Positions 1 through 7,906 of a stretch of 30,173 bases of DNA are shown here, in pieces; within the stretch, counting starts at the first letter, position 1; every line of letters begins with the position of its first letter. The notes under the pieces were generated by a model, which searched no databases, was not told the origin of the DNA, and saw nothing but the letters and a program-made list of their open reading frames with translations. This stretch comes from an uncultured bacterium. GTDB taxonomy: Bacteria > Patescibacteriota > Minisyncoccia > Phycocordibacterales > CAWITU01. A program made the translations under genes and the position numbers. The DNA is taken from contig CAJBRS010000101.1 of assembly GCA_903958115.1 (NCBI GenBank), positions 1 through 30,173 on the forward strand, in the 5' to 3' direction.

Positions 1-1563
1 AATTTCCAAGGAGTGGTTATGTATTCCGAATTGTTGGCCGGCATTTTTGTTTTGGGACTTATAACGAGTTACTTGCAAGTTAAAACTATGGGAGGGGTAG
101 GAAGACGATTACTTTTTAATTTGCGTAATAAAATATTTAATAAGCTTCAAGAACTACCGGTAGCTTTTTTCAATCAGAATAAAGCGGGGGATCTTATTTC
201 CCGCATTAACAATGATACAGATAAACTCAACCAATTTTTTGCACAAGCATTGATGCAATTTCTAAGCAACATTATCTTGATTATCGGCACGGGAGTCTTT
301 TTGTTGGTTATTGATTTCAAGCTTGGTCTTGTAGCTCTTGTTCCTGCTATTGTGGCATTGATTTTGACGCAGATTCTTTCTCCTTGGGTTAAGCGGGCGA
401 GTCTAAAGAGTCTTCGAACTCTAGGATCAATGAGTGGAGAAATTCAGGAAAGCATTAATAACTTCAAAGTTATTGTGGCGTTTAATAGACTAGATTATTT
501 CAGAAACAAATTTAAAGAATCTAATGAGGCAAACTATTCAGCTTCTGTCTCTGCTGGCATCGCTGGAAATATTTTTAATCCAATATATGTTTTAGCTTCT
601 TCTTTGGCACAGCTTGTTGTGCTAGTTTTTGGAATATATTTCATATCGGATGGGCATTTTACTGTTGGGTTGCTCATCGGTTTTTTGCTCTATGTAAACA
701 GTTTTTATAATCCATTAAGACAGCTTGCTTCTGTTTGGTCTTCCTTGCAATTAGCTCTTGCCGGGCTAGATCGTATCTCTGAAGTTTTGGCACTTGAGTC
801 AGATATTAAGATAGTCACCTCGGTATCTGCTCCAGATGGTGTTGGCGTAATGGAATTTAGGAATGTCTTTTTTCGTTACGATGACGGCGTAGAGGATGTT
901 TTGAGGCATCTGAATTTTGTTTTGGAAAAAGGAAAAACTTATGCTCTGGTCGGCCCGACTGGTGGAGGAAAGACTACCACCGCTTCTCTGATGGCGCGCC
1001 TGTATGATCCGAGCAAGGGGACAGTATATCTAGAAGGAAAAGATCTGAGATCATATAGCGCAAAAGAGCGTGTAAAAAAGATCGGGTTTATTCTTCAAGA
1101 GCCTTTCCTTTTTACTGGTACGATTCGTGAGAATATCCTTTATGGGAATGAAGAATATCAAGGACACTCCAATGAAGAATTGGTAAAAGTACTAGACGAA
1201 GCAAATCTTACAGGGTTACTCTCGCGATTCTCTGATGGTCTTGATACCAAAATTTCTCAAGGCACAGACGCTATTAGCTTAGGGCAAAAACAACTGATTG
1301 CTTTTATCAGAGCAACTCTTCGTAATCCAGATATCTTGATTTTGGATGAAGCCACTGCAAATATTGATACTGTTACCGAACAATTGTTGGAAGAAATTAT
1401 TAAAAAATTGCCAAAAAAAACCACAAAAGTCATTATTGCCCATCGTCTTAATACGATCGAAAATGCCGATGATATTTTCTTTGTGAATTCTGGTAAAGTT
1501 GCTGAAGCTGGGTCTATGCAGCGCGCAATGGAGATGTTACTTCACGACAAAAGACAGAGTTAA
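1..1563 (+). CDS. ABC exporter, fused TMD-NBD (MdlB/multidrug-like), 5'-truncated by window edge
   Basis: Frame is open from base 1. Hydrophobic TM helices precede Walker A GPTGGGKTT, Q-loop LQEP, signature ISLGQKQ, Walker B ILILDEAT and H-loop IAHR. Confidence 0.93.
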   Translation, partial: NFQGVVMYSELLAGIFVLGLITSYLQVKTMGGVGRRLLFNLRNKIFNKLQELPVAFFNQNKAGDLISRINNDTDKLNQFFAQALMQFLSNIILIIGTGVFLLVIDFKLGLVALVPAIVALILTQILSPWVKRASLKSLRTLGSMSGEIQESINNFKVIVAFNRLDYFRNKFKESNEANYSASVSAGIAGNIFNPIYVLASSLAQLVVLVFGIYFISDGHFTVGLLIGFLLYVNSFYNPLRQLASVWSSLQLALAGLDRISEVLALESDIKIVTSVSAPDGVGVMEFRNVFFRYDDGVEDVLRHLNFVLEKGKTYALVGPTGGGKTTTASLMARLYDPSKGTVYLEGKDLRSYSAKERVKKIGFILQEPFLFTGTIRENILYGNEEYQGHSNEELVKVLDEANLTGLLSRFSDGLDTKISQGTDAISLGQKQLIAFIRATLRNPDILILDEATANIDTVTEQLLEEIIKKLPKKTTKVIIAHRLNTIENADDIFFVNSGKVAEAGSMQRAMEMLLHDKRQS

Positions 1564-1591
1564 AAAACTATTTAGTTTTTTGATTATTGCG

Positions 1592-1600
1592 TGGTAATCT
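1592..1600 (+). promoter_or_regulatory. Extended -10 (TGgTAATCT), 6 nt upstream of hisD ATG; putative leaderless promoter
   Basis: TG-n-TAATCT at 1592-1600, 6-nt gap, ATG 1607; no SD. Confidence 0.55.
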
Positions 1601-1606
1601 TTCAGT

Positions 1607-2875
1607 ATGAAAATAATAAAATATACAGATAAAAATTACTCATCTCTTCTGAGTGAGTTGGATCGTAGGTCAGCCCCATCTCTGGAGGTTGAACAGTCCG
1701 TAAAAGATATTATTAAAAGTGTTCGCGAAGGAGGAGATGCCGCCCTTATTGAATTAACTGTGAAATATGGTGGTCCTCAATTGAAAGCTTCAGATCTTCT
1801 AGAGGTTCGTAAGCCAAAAGTGGATAAGTTAGTAAATGCAGCTCTCAAGGCTTCTTATACTAATGTTCACAATTTTGCATTAAAAAGTTTGAGAAAAGAT
1901 TGGAAGATGAAAAACAAAGAAGGAGCTACGGTAGGAGAAAGATTTGATCCTTTTCAACGTGTGGGTATCTATGTGCCAGGTGGAACAGCCCCTCTGGTTT
2001 CTAGTGCGATTATGACTGTTACATTAGCAAAAACAGCCGGCGTCCCAGAAATTGTTGTTACTACACCAGCTGATGTTTCCGGCAAAATAGATGATAATCT
2101 TTTATACGCTCTGCGTTTTGCCGGAGCAACTGAAATATACAAAGTGGGAGGGGCTCAGGCTATTGCCGCTCTTACTTATGGGACAAAAACGATCAGACCT
2201 GTTCAAAAGATTTTTGGCCCAGGAAATGAATATGTCGTCGAAGCGAAGAGGCAGGTTTTTGGATCAGTCTCTGTGGATTTGTTGCCTGGTCCAAGCGAAA
2301 TAATGGTTATCGCAGATAAAACAGCAAATTCATCATGGATTGCTTCGGATCTTCTTGCCCAAGCCGAGCACGGAAAACACAGCAAAATCATTTTGGTGAC
2401 TGACTCAGAGAAGCTTCTTGTTGGAGTCCAAAATGATATCAATATACAACTTGGTAATTTAAAAAGACAAAACTTTTTAGATGAAGTGTTGAAGAGTAAT
2501 TTTGAAATAGTTTTGGTTGAGTCAATTTCTGATGCTATAAACATTGCTAATAATTATGCCCCAGAACACGTTTCGATTGCTGCAAAAAATGAAGAAAAAT
2601 TAGCTAAAAATATAATGACTGCTGGAGCGATATTTATTGGTTCTTATTCTGCTGTGGTAGCAGGTGATTTTCTTGCTGGCCCTAGTCACACCTTGCCGAC
2701 TGGTGGTGCAGGAAAATCTTTTTCAGGTCTTACTGTAGATATGTTCCAACGACGCACTAGTATTATTAAGTTTGATAAAAAGGCAATAAAAAAATCAGTA
2801 CCAGTAATTAAAATATTTAGCGATATAGAGGGTTTGGATGCTCATGGTGAATCAGGGAGGGTGAGGGGTGAGTAG
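1607..2875 (+). CDS. hisD: Histidinol dehydrogenase
   Basis: Motifs YVPGG, GPGN, PGPSE, DLLAQAEH, APEH, GPSHTLPT and C-terminal LDAH; the Zn-ligand and catalytic positions are present. Confidence 0.95.
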   Translation: MKIIKYTDKNYSSLLSELDRRSAPSLEVEQSVKDIIKSVREGGDAALIELTVKYGGPQLKASDLLEVRKPKVDKLVNAALKASYTNVHNFALKSLRKDWKMKNKEGATVGERFDPFQRVGIYVPGGTAPLVSSAIMTVTLAKTAGVPEIVVTTPADVSGKIDDNLLYALRFAGATEIYKVGGAQAIAALTYGTKTIRPVQKIFGPGNEYVVEAKRQVFGSVSVDLLPGPSEIMVIADKTANSSWIASDLLAQAEHGKHSKIILVTDSEKLLVGVQNDINIQLGNLKRQNFLDEVLKSNFEIVLVESISDAINIANNYAPEHVSIAAKNEEKLAKNIMTAGAIFIGSYSAVVAGDFLAGPSHTLPTGGAGKSFSGLTVDMFQRRTSIIKFDKKAIKKSVPVIKIFSDIEGLDAHGESGRVRGE

Positions 2876-2897
2876 TAGTATGATATAGTTTTGGTAT

Positions 2898-3929
2898 ATG
2901 AAAAATCACAAACGCGGTTTCCTTGGTATTGCCACATTAATTGTCGTTGCCTTAGTGTTAATTGGAGGAGGGACGTACCTTGCTCTTAGGAGTAAAAACC
3001 AAAACCATACCAACACAGCAACTTCTAGTACAGATTACCAACAAGCGAACCGTACAAGCACCACTACTATAAATAATACGGAGAGCCCTAAATTTTCTCC
3101 AAAATTTGAAATTAGTTCTGTTAGTCCAAGTGTTGTAATAGTTGGAGGAGGGATTTCAATTCAAGGAAAAGGTTTTAGCAGTACATCTAAGCTTAATTTT
3201 TACAATAAAAGTCTTTTGAAAGATGGTGGAGTCGTCGGCTATTTGACTAATCCTGAATATGTATCATCTGACGGTACAGAGATAAGATTTGTTGTAAACA
3301 ATGATTTTTTTATCCATGGTCTACAATCTACTGCAGGTGCTTATCAGGTCGCGGTGTCGGACGCGGACGTTTCAAGTAATCTAGTTAACCTTACTGTTGT
3401 TGCCCCTACCTCGGCGCAAAATAGTGCCACCAAATATACTGATCCTACCTATGGTTTCGTTTTATATTATCCTTCGGCTTGGACACTTGTTTCGAAAGGG
3501 GAGAATAAAGATATCGGAATAATTAATTTTGATAACATTGGTCCTGACGGCGGAAATTCAATTGATGTGACTGTACAAGATGGAAACAAAGTTACTACTA
3601 CAGATAATAAATTTGGAGAAGTGAGTTATTTTTATGACACGCATGATGGAGAGTGGATGACAATTGGTAATGATGGTGTGACAAAGCCCGCTAAAATCTC
3701 ATATTACACAGTTTCAGGTTTACCAGTTTTTATGGGGACCAATCGTTGGAAAACAACTATTGTTGCACTCTCGACTACTAAATTCCTAGTAATTCATATT
3801 ACAGGTTCTGGCTGGACAGCTGTTGTAGATTCTCTTACGAAAACAGTACTTAATGTTGGGCAAGATATTGATCTAACAAAGATGGGTGCTGTAATCAGGG
3901 AGGAGTTGACTGCTTCGGTCAATCAATAA
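2898..3929 (+). CDS. Secreted/membrane-anchored protein: pilin-like N-terminal anchor, Thr/Ser/Asn linker, IPT/TIG-like domain, PsbP-like C-terminal domain
   Basis: KRGF followed by a hydrophobic helix; low-complexity linker; ISSVSPS..GGGISIQGKGF (IPT-like); KYTDPTYGFVLYYPSAW (PsbP-like start). Preceded by TGaTATAGT 8 nt upstream. Confidence 0.65.
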   Translation: MKNHKRGFLGIATLIVVALVLIGGGTYLALRSKNQNHTNTATSSTDYQQANRTSTTTINNTESPKFSPKFEISSVSPSVVIVGGGISIQGKGFSSTSKLNFYNKSLLKDGGVVGYLTNPEYVSSDGTEIRFVVNNDFFIHGLQSTAGAYQVAVSDADVSSNLVNLTVVAPTSAQNSATKYTDPTYGFVLYYPSAWTLVSKGENKDIGIINFDNIGPDGGNSIDVTVQDGNKVTTTDNKFGEVSYFYDTHDGEWMTIGNDGVTKPAKISYYTVSGLPVFMGTNRWKTTIVALSTTKFLVIHITGSGWTAVVDSLTKTVLNVGQDIDLTKMGAVIREELTASVNQ

Positions 3930-4358
3930 TTTTGTTAAGAACTCCTCAGTATAAAATGCTTTGTCTTTGGGGTGGGTTAAAATTGTTGTTACTAAATTTT
4001 TGTTTACCCATTTTATTTCTGATGTTATGTCATCTTCAGTGGAGACCTCTTCTTGTGAAGTCTTAAAAACAAAAAGGGTAATTTTTTTGTTTACTACTTC
4101 GATACCATTTGGCGTATAGACGTCAGAGGTTCTTACATAGCTTTCTAATTCTTTTTCTAAAATTAAGTCTTTTATTCCAGTCTCTTCCAAGATTTCTCTC
4201 TTGGCTGCTTCGAGAGGCGTTTCGTCTTTTTCTAAGTGGCCTTTTGGGAATGACCACGATACACTTCCTTGTTTTACTAAGACTATTTCATTTTTTTGAT
4301 TAATTATAATTCCTCCTGCACTGTGTCTTGTGAAAGTTTTGTTTTGAGTCGTCTGCAT
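3873..4358 (-). CDS. Nudix hydrolase
   Basis: Complete Nudix box FPKGHLEKDETPLEAAKREILEETGI. The 3' end overlaps the convergent 2898-3929 gene by 57 nt. Confidence 0.93.
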   Translation of the reverse strand: MQTTQNKTFTRHSAGGIIINQKNEIVLVKQGSVSWSFPKGHLEKDETPLEAAKREILEETGIKDLILEKELESYVRTSDVYTPNGIEVVNKKITLFVFKTSQEEVSTEDDITSEIKWVNKNLVTTILTHPKDKAFYTEEFLTKLLIDRSSQLLPDYSTHLC

Positions 4359-4427
4359 TGTTGATTGAAAAAATTAGAGTAAGGACTGTGCATTATACAG
4401 ACATAAAAAAATATTTGTAAGGGGAGT

Positions 4428-4436
4428 TTATCCACA
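4428..4436 (+). promoter_or_regulatory. Single perfect DnaA box (TTATCCACA)
   Basis: Exact 9-mer consensus in the intergenic gap between divergent genes; only one copy seen. Confidence 0.35.
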
Positions 4437-4460
4437 CTTTGTTTGTGATAAAATATATTT

Positions 4461-4739
4461 ATGATTCATATTTTAAATAGAGACGTTTATAAGGATGGGG
4501 AAAAGGTTGGTTGGGTGGAAGGAGGCCACATTTTTGAAAGTAGTGGCAAAAAGATCGGTTATATTTCTGGTAACGATATTTTTTCTTATTCTGGAAATAA
4601 AGTCGCTTATTTAAAAGGGACAGCTCTTAATAGGGTGGGGCACTCGATTGTTGTCCACACAGATGAGATAAATAAAGAGGTGACCAAGGGTGATTTTTCA
4701 GACCTTGAGAGAGCGGCTGTCTTTACTCTGTTTTCCTAG
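4461..4739 (+). CDS. Small hypothetical protein with ~16-aa beta-repeat (IFxxxGxKIGY)
   Basis: 92-aa ORF with TGaTAAAAT 6 nt upstream. Repeats VYKDGEKVGWVEGGH / IFESSGKKIGYISGND / IFSYSGNKVAYLKG. Confidence 0.7.
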   Translation: MIHILNRDVYKDGEKVGWVEGGHIFESSGKKIGYISGNDIFSYSGNKVAYLKGTALNRVGHSIVVHTDEINKEVTKGDFSDLERAAVFTLFS

Positions 4740-5151
4740 CGACGATCGCTGAATGTATTTCTGACGTGAGATCGTTGTTTATTTTGATTAACTCGTGCAC
4801 TTCATCTTGAATTTTTAGCAAAGCCTCAGCATCTTTGTATGTCTGCAGTGCTTGTTTGTCGGAAGCGGCCGCAGCAACCTTCTGTCCTACCATGATAACT
4901 GATAGAAGCACTAATTGTAGAAAGGTCTGAGCTAGCCAAGAAATAGAGGTGGCTATGCCGCCGTGAATAGCGGCAGGGAGGCTGATAAGAGCTATGATGG
5001 CAAAGATATAGGCGCACCACATTGTACCAACCGCAGCGGTTATTTTTGTTGCCAAAAAGCCGTTAAAACCTATGTGTTCATGTTTCGTTAGGTGAGGTCC
5101 GACTTTTGAACGTTCCTCGATACGAGGGTGGGGGATGTGTTGTTTTGTCAT
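4723..5151 (-). CDS. Small membrane protein, DUF1003-like
   Basis: Start moved to ATG 5151 (MTKQHIPHP) because TATAAT lies 6 nt upstream. Two hydrophobic segments, then FLQLVLLSVIMVGQ and a helical tail. The family resemblance is from memory. Confidence 0.65.
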   Translation of the reverse strand: MTKQHIPHPRIEERSKVGPHLTKHEHIGFNGFLATKITAAVGTMWCAYIFAIIALISLPAAIHGGIATSISWLAQTFLQLVLLSVIMVGQKVAAAASDKQALQTYKDAEALLKIQDEVHELIKINNDLTSEIHSAIVARKTE

Positions 5152-5210
5152 ACAATAATTATATATGTTTAGTTCTATAATCGGAAGCTCGTAAGAGTGA
5201 GTAGAATCCC

Positions 5211-5239
5211 TTGACATAGCCATATTTTTATGCTAGCAT
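5211..5239 (+). promoter_or_regulatory. Sigma70 promoter of the six-gene cluster: TTGACA-N17-TAGCAT with extended TG
   Basis: TTGACA 5211-5216; TG 5231-5232; TAGCAT 5234-5239. Confidence 0.7.
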
Positions 5240-5317
5240 CCGCACCAAACCTGTTTAAGTAAAACAGACTGTTCGTTGAAATTACGAACGCAACAAAAAC
5301 AAAAGGAGAAACAGACT

Positions 5318-6691
5318 ATGCCAACAAAAGCGGCACCAACTACCAGTACACCACCCGACAGTGGCGATGTTTTCGCCCGTCTTCGTCAACAAACTGATGT
5401 GGCCCTTGGCCGCGTTCAGGAGGATCGGACAACGACCCAGGAGGTTATTACCGAAATCAACACTCTTGAAGCCCAGATGTCTGAGGCTTCGAAGGTGACA
5501 GATGACACAGCCCGTGCTGCAAAAATTCGCGCTCTGACCGAGACGACACAGCAACGCGCAGCTCATATTCAGACCGAACGCCAAAACCTCGCAAGAGCCG
5601 TTGCCGGCGTTGAGGCCATGATGAGTGGAATGAGTGCAGAGTTTCAAAAACTCACTCAAGTCACACCCGAGCAGACTGCTCGAATCGAAGCTGCCAAGAA
5701 GGCCATTGTGGATGCGGAAGATGCTGTCACTACGGCGGAGAATACATCCAACATCAGATATCTTCTTTCCGGAGGCAAAGTCAAAGCGGTGAAAGCCGCT
5801 AAGGCTTTGTTGAAGGAGGCTCAAGACCGTTTGCCGATTGTAAAATCGCAGGTGGACGAAGAAGTTCGCGATCGCCTCATGAACGCTAATTTCGAGATGC
5901 TCTTTGCTGAGCTTTCGAATCGCTCAATGGGGACGGCCGCGATCTTGCGCGAAGATGTCAAAGAGGCGGGCGCCAAGATTGAAATCGTGGAAGCCCGTCT
6001 CAAGACGTGTTTGGAAGAGCGCCAAATTGCTACGGAAGCGTTGCAAGAGCTCCGCCAGAAGGTCGAAGAGCAGGAGGCAATCCTCAAGCAAGAGGAAGCC
6101 CACCTTGTTGACTTTGTTTCGGGTACGGCAGATTACTCCACACAGGACTCCAAGATCAAAACGATGCGTTCCGACATCCAAAGGCTTATTAGTCTCCGCC
6201 AGGAGGCGACGGCAGCCTTTGAGGTCAAGGAAAAAGCGGTTGAATACCACGAGGCGAGTCTGAAAGGACTCGAACAGTTGCGGGGAAATCTCCGCACCTG
6301 GATTACGAAGCTTGAGCTGGAAACGGCCGAGCAGAATATTCTCTTCAGTGTTCGTCTGACCACCATGAAGTTGCATGCCGACGAAGACGCCGGCACTCGG
6401 ATTGATGGAATGAACCGTGAAGCGCAGATTGGGAGCTTGGAAGACATCATCAAGATCGCTCGGATTTCCGGCGATCGTGCTGTCGCCATGTTTAAAGGGC
6501 ATCCGGAAACCATGCAACGCATTTCGGCTCTCAAAGCGGCTCAGGCCGAAGACATTGCCAAATTGCGGAAGGAATTCGCCGACATCTACGCTGACTTGGA
6601 GGCCAAGCACGGGATTGCTTTCGGGGCGGACAGCTCGTTCACCTACGATGGTCTCGTGTCCCAGCCAACCGGAGAGCCGGCAGCGGCCTAG
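5318..6691 (+). CDS. Long coiled-coil protein of unknown function (gene 1 of AAA+ cluster)
   Basis: Start moved to ATG 5318, after AAAAGGAGA. Almost wholly helical, A/E/K/Q/R-rich with heptad character, disordered termini, no TM helix. Confidence 0.85.
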   Translation: MPTKAAPTTSTPPDSGDVFARLRQQTDVALGRVQEDRTTTQEVITEINTLEAQMSEASKVTDDTARAAKIRALTETTQQRAAHIQTERQNLARAVAGVEAMMSGMSAEFQKLTQVTPEQTARIEAAKKAIVDAEDAVTTAENTSNIRYLLSGGKVKAVKAAKALLKEAQDRLPIVKSQVDEEVRDRLMNANFEMLFAELSNRSMGTAAILREDVKEAGAKIEIVEARLKTCLEERQIATEALQELRQKVEEQEAILKQEEAHLVDFVSGTADYSTQDSKIKTMRSDIQRLISLRQEATAAFEVKEKAVEYHEASLKGLEQLRGNLRTWITKLELETAEQNILFSVRLTTMKLHADEDAGTRIDGMNREAQIGSLEDIIKIARISGDRAVAMFKGHPETMQRISALKAAQAEDIAKLRKEFADIYADLEAKHGIAFGADSSFTYDGLVSQPTGEPAAA

Positions 6692-6713
6692 GCATTAGCA
6701 CACAACCTACGAG

Positions 6714-6751
6714 AGGGGGAGGAGGACACAAAACCTCCTTCCCCTTTTTTT
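6714..6751 (+). terminator. Intrinsic terminator between cluster genes 1 and 2
   Basis: 12-bp stem AGGGGGAGGAGG/CCTCCTTCCCCT with one G-U pair, 8-nt loop, T7 tract. Confidence 0.75.
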
Positions 6752-6784
6752 CTGAAACGATAAACGAAAGGAAAATGAAAAACT

Positions 6785-7906
6785 ATGCCAGACACAATGG
6801 AAAAAGAGGCTGAAGCCATGATGCTTCCCCAAGACGGGGACTATAAGCGTTACTTCAGTCTCCTTGAGCGAACTTTTGCTTACCTTCGTCGGTGGCAAGA
6901 TTCTCGTATCAAGAATCAAGACCTTGAGCAACTTGCCATCTATGACATGTTTGCTCGGATCCTCTACACTATCCAAGCTCTTGAGATGAAATATTCTCAT
7001 TCTCTTGGTAAAAAGATGATCCTTGATCTTCACTCGTCGGGATTTCCTCATGCTGTCAGTATCATTGAAATGATGGCGGACATGAAGGCAACGCAACGCG
7101 TTGGTCCTGTCGCAAAAGAAGAGACAATACGTAATCAAATGCTTGATCACATGTTTGCTGAACACAAAAGGCCAGATGAGCTTATTGCTCTGATGGCTGA
7201 CGTGAAGTATCACGAGATGCTTGATCCCAAAAAGATCATTCAGCAATTCACTCCCGGGGGGCTTGTCCTTCTCGGAAAAGAATCAGGTGTTCGTCACTAT
7301 TTGTTCTCTTGGCTTTGCTACGATCCTGAATCGAACATTCCTCATATCCACGTCATGCTCTTTGAGCAAGACGAGGAAGTGGAGTTTCTCGAAGAAGGCT
7401 CGAGTACTTATGCAGAATTTATGAAGGCGGTAAAAGCCTTCGGTTCGCATGTGCCAAAACAGATCAATCTTGTTCTGTCCGATCTCGATCGGACAATCAA
7501 CTGGATTCATCCGAAAATGTTGGAGCGATGGAAGATCGGGCCAATCTTGTCTGAGTTTTCTGCTGATGCGGAAACGAAGCAGCCGCTTCTAGTACCACTT
7601 CGGCAATGGGGTAGTCTTGAGGATTTCATCCTCTTGATCAAGGTTGAACTTTGCAATTCAATCTCGGAAAAACAAATCAGCGAAGGGTGGTTGGAATCAG
7701 TGCTTGGTTCGAAAGTTCGTCAGATTTTTGGAGTAAATCAGGTTGATCCTGACTGCTTCGAATCGGGCGCGACGAGTATTACTCGGTACATGATTCTTCC
7801 ACATCACGTTCTACAACACCTGGATCCTTCTGTGGAGGCTTACGAAAAATATGCCACCCATAAGAGGGTTCCTTATCAAGGAGACGACATTCATGAAATC
7901 GACTAG
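6785..7906 (+). CDS. Conserved hypothetical protein (gene 2 of AAA+ cluster)
   Basis: 373-aa ORF, soluble alpha/beta composition, purine-rich leader (GAAAGGAAAA); overlaps the ATPase start by 14 nt. Confidence 0.82.
   Translation: MPDTMEKEAEAMMLPQDGDYKRYFSLLERTFAYLRRWQDSRIKNQDLEQLAIYDMFARILYTIQALEMKYSHSLGKKMILDLHSSGFPHAVSIIEMMADMKATQRVGPVAKEETIRNQMLDHMFAEHKRPDELIALMADVKYHEMLDPKKIIQQFTPGGLVLLGKESGVRHYLFSWLCYDPESNIPHIHVMLFEQDEEVEFLEEGSSTYAEFMKAVKAFGSHVPKQINLVLSDLDRTINWIHPKMLERWKIGPILSEFSADAETKQPLLVPLRQWGSLEDFILLIKVELCNSISEKQISEGWLESVLGSKVRQIFGVNQVDPDCFESGATSITRYMILPHHVLQHLDPSVEAYEKYATHKRVPYQGDDIHEID

Noticed and set aside
4400-4460. Replication origin at the DnaA box
   Set aside because: Only one box in a ~100-nt gap, with no dnaA/dnaN nearby and no DUE repeats.
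5282-6698. Long shadow ORFs (5282-5824-, 5924-6610-, 6133-6534-, 5904-6263+, 6417-6698+)
   Set aside because: They overlap the SD-led coiled-coil gene, show no motifs and are expected from stop-poor alternative frames in GC-richer DNA.
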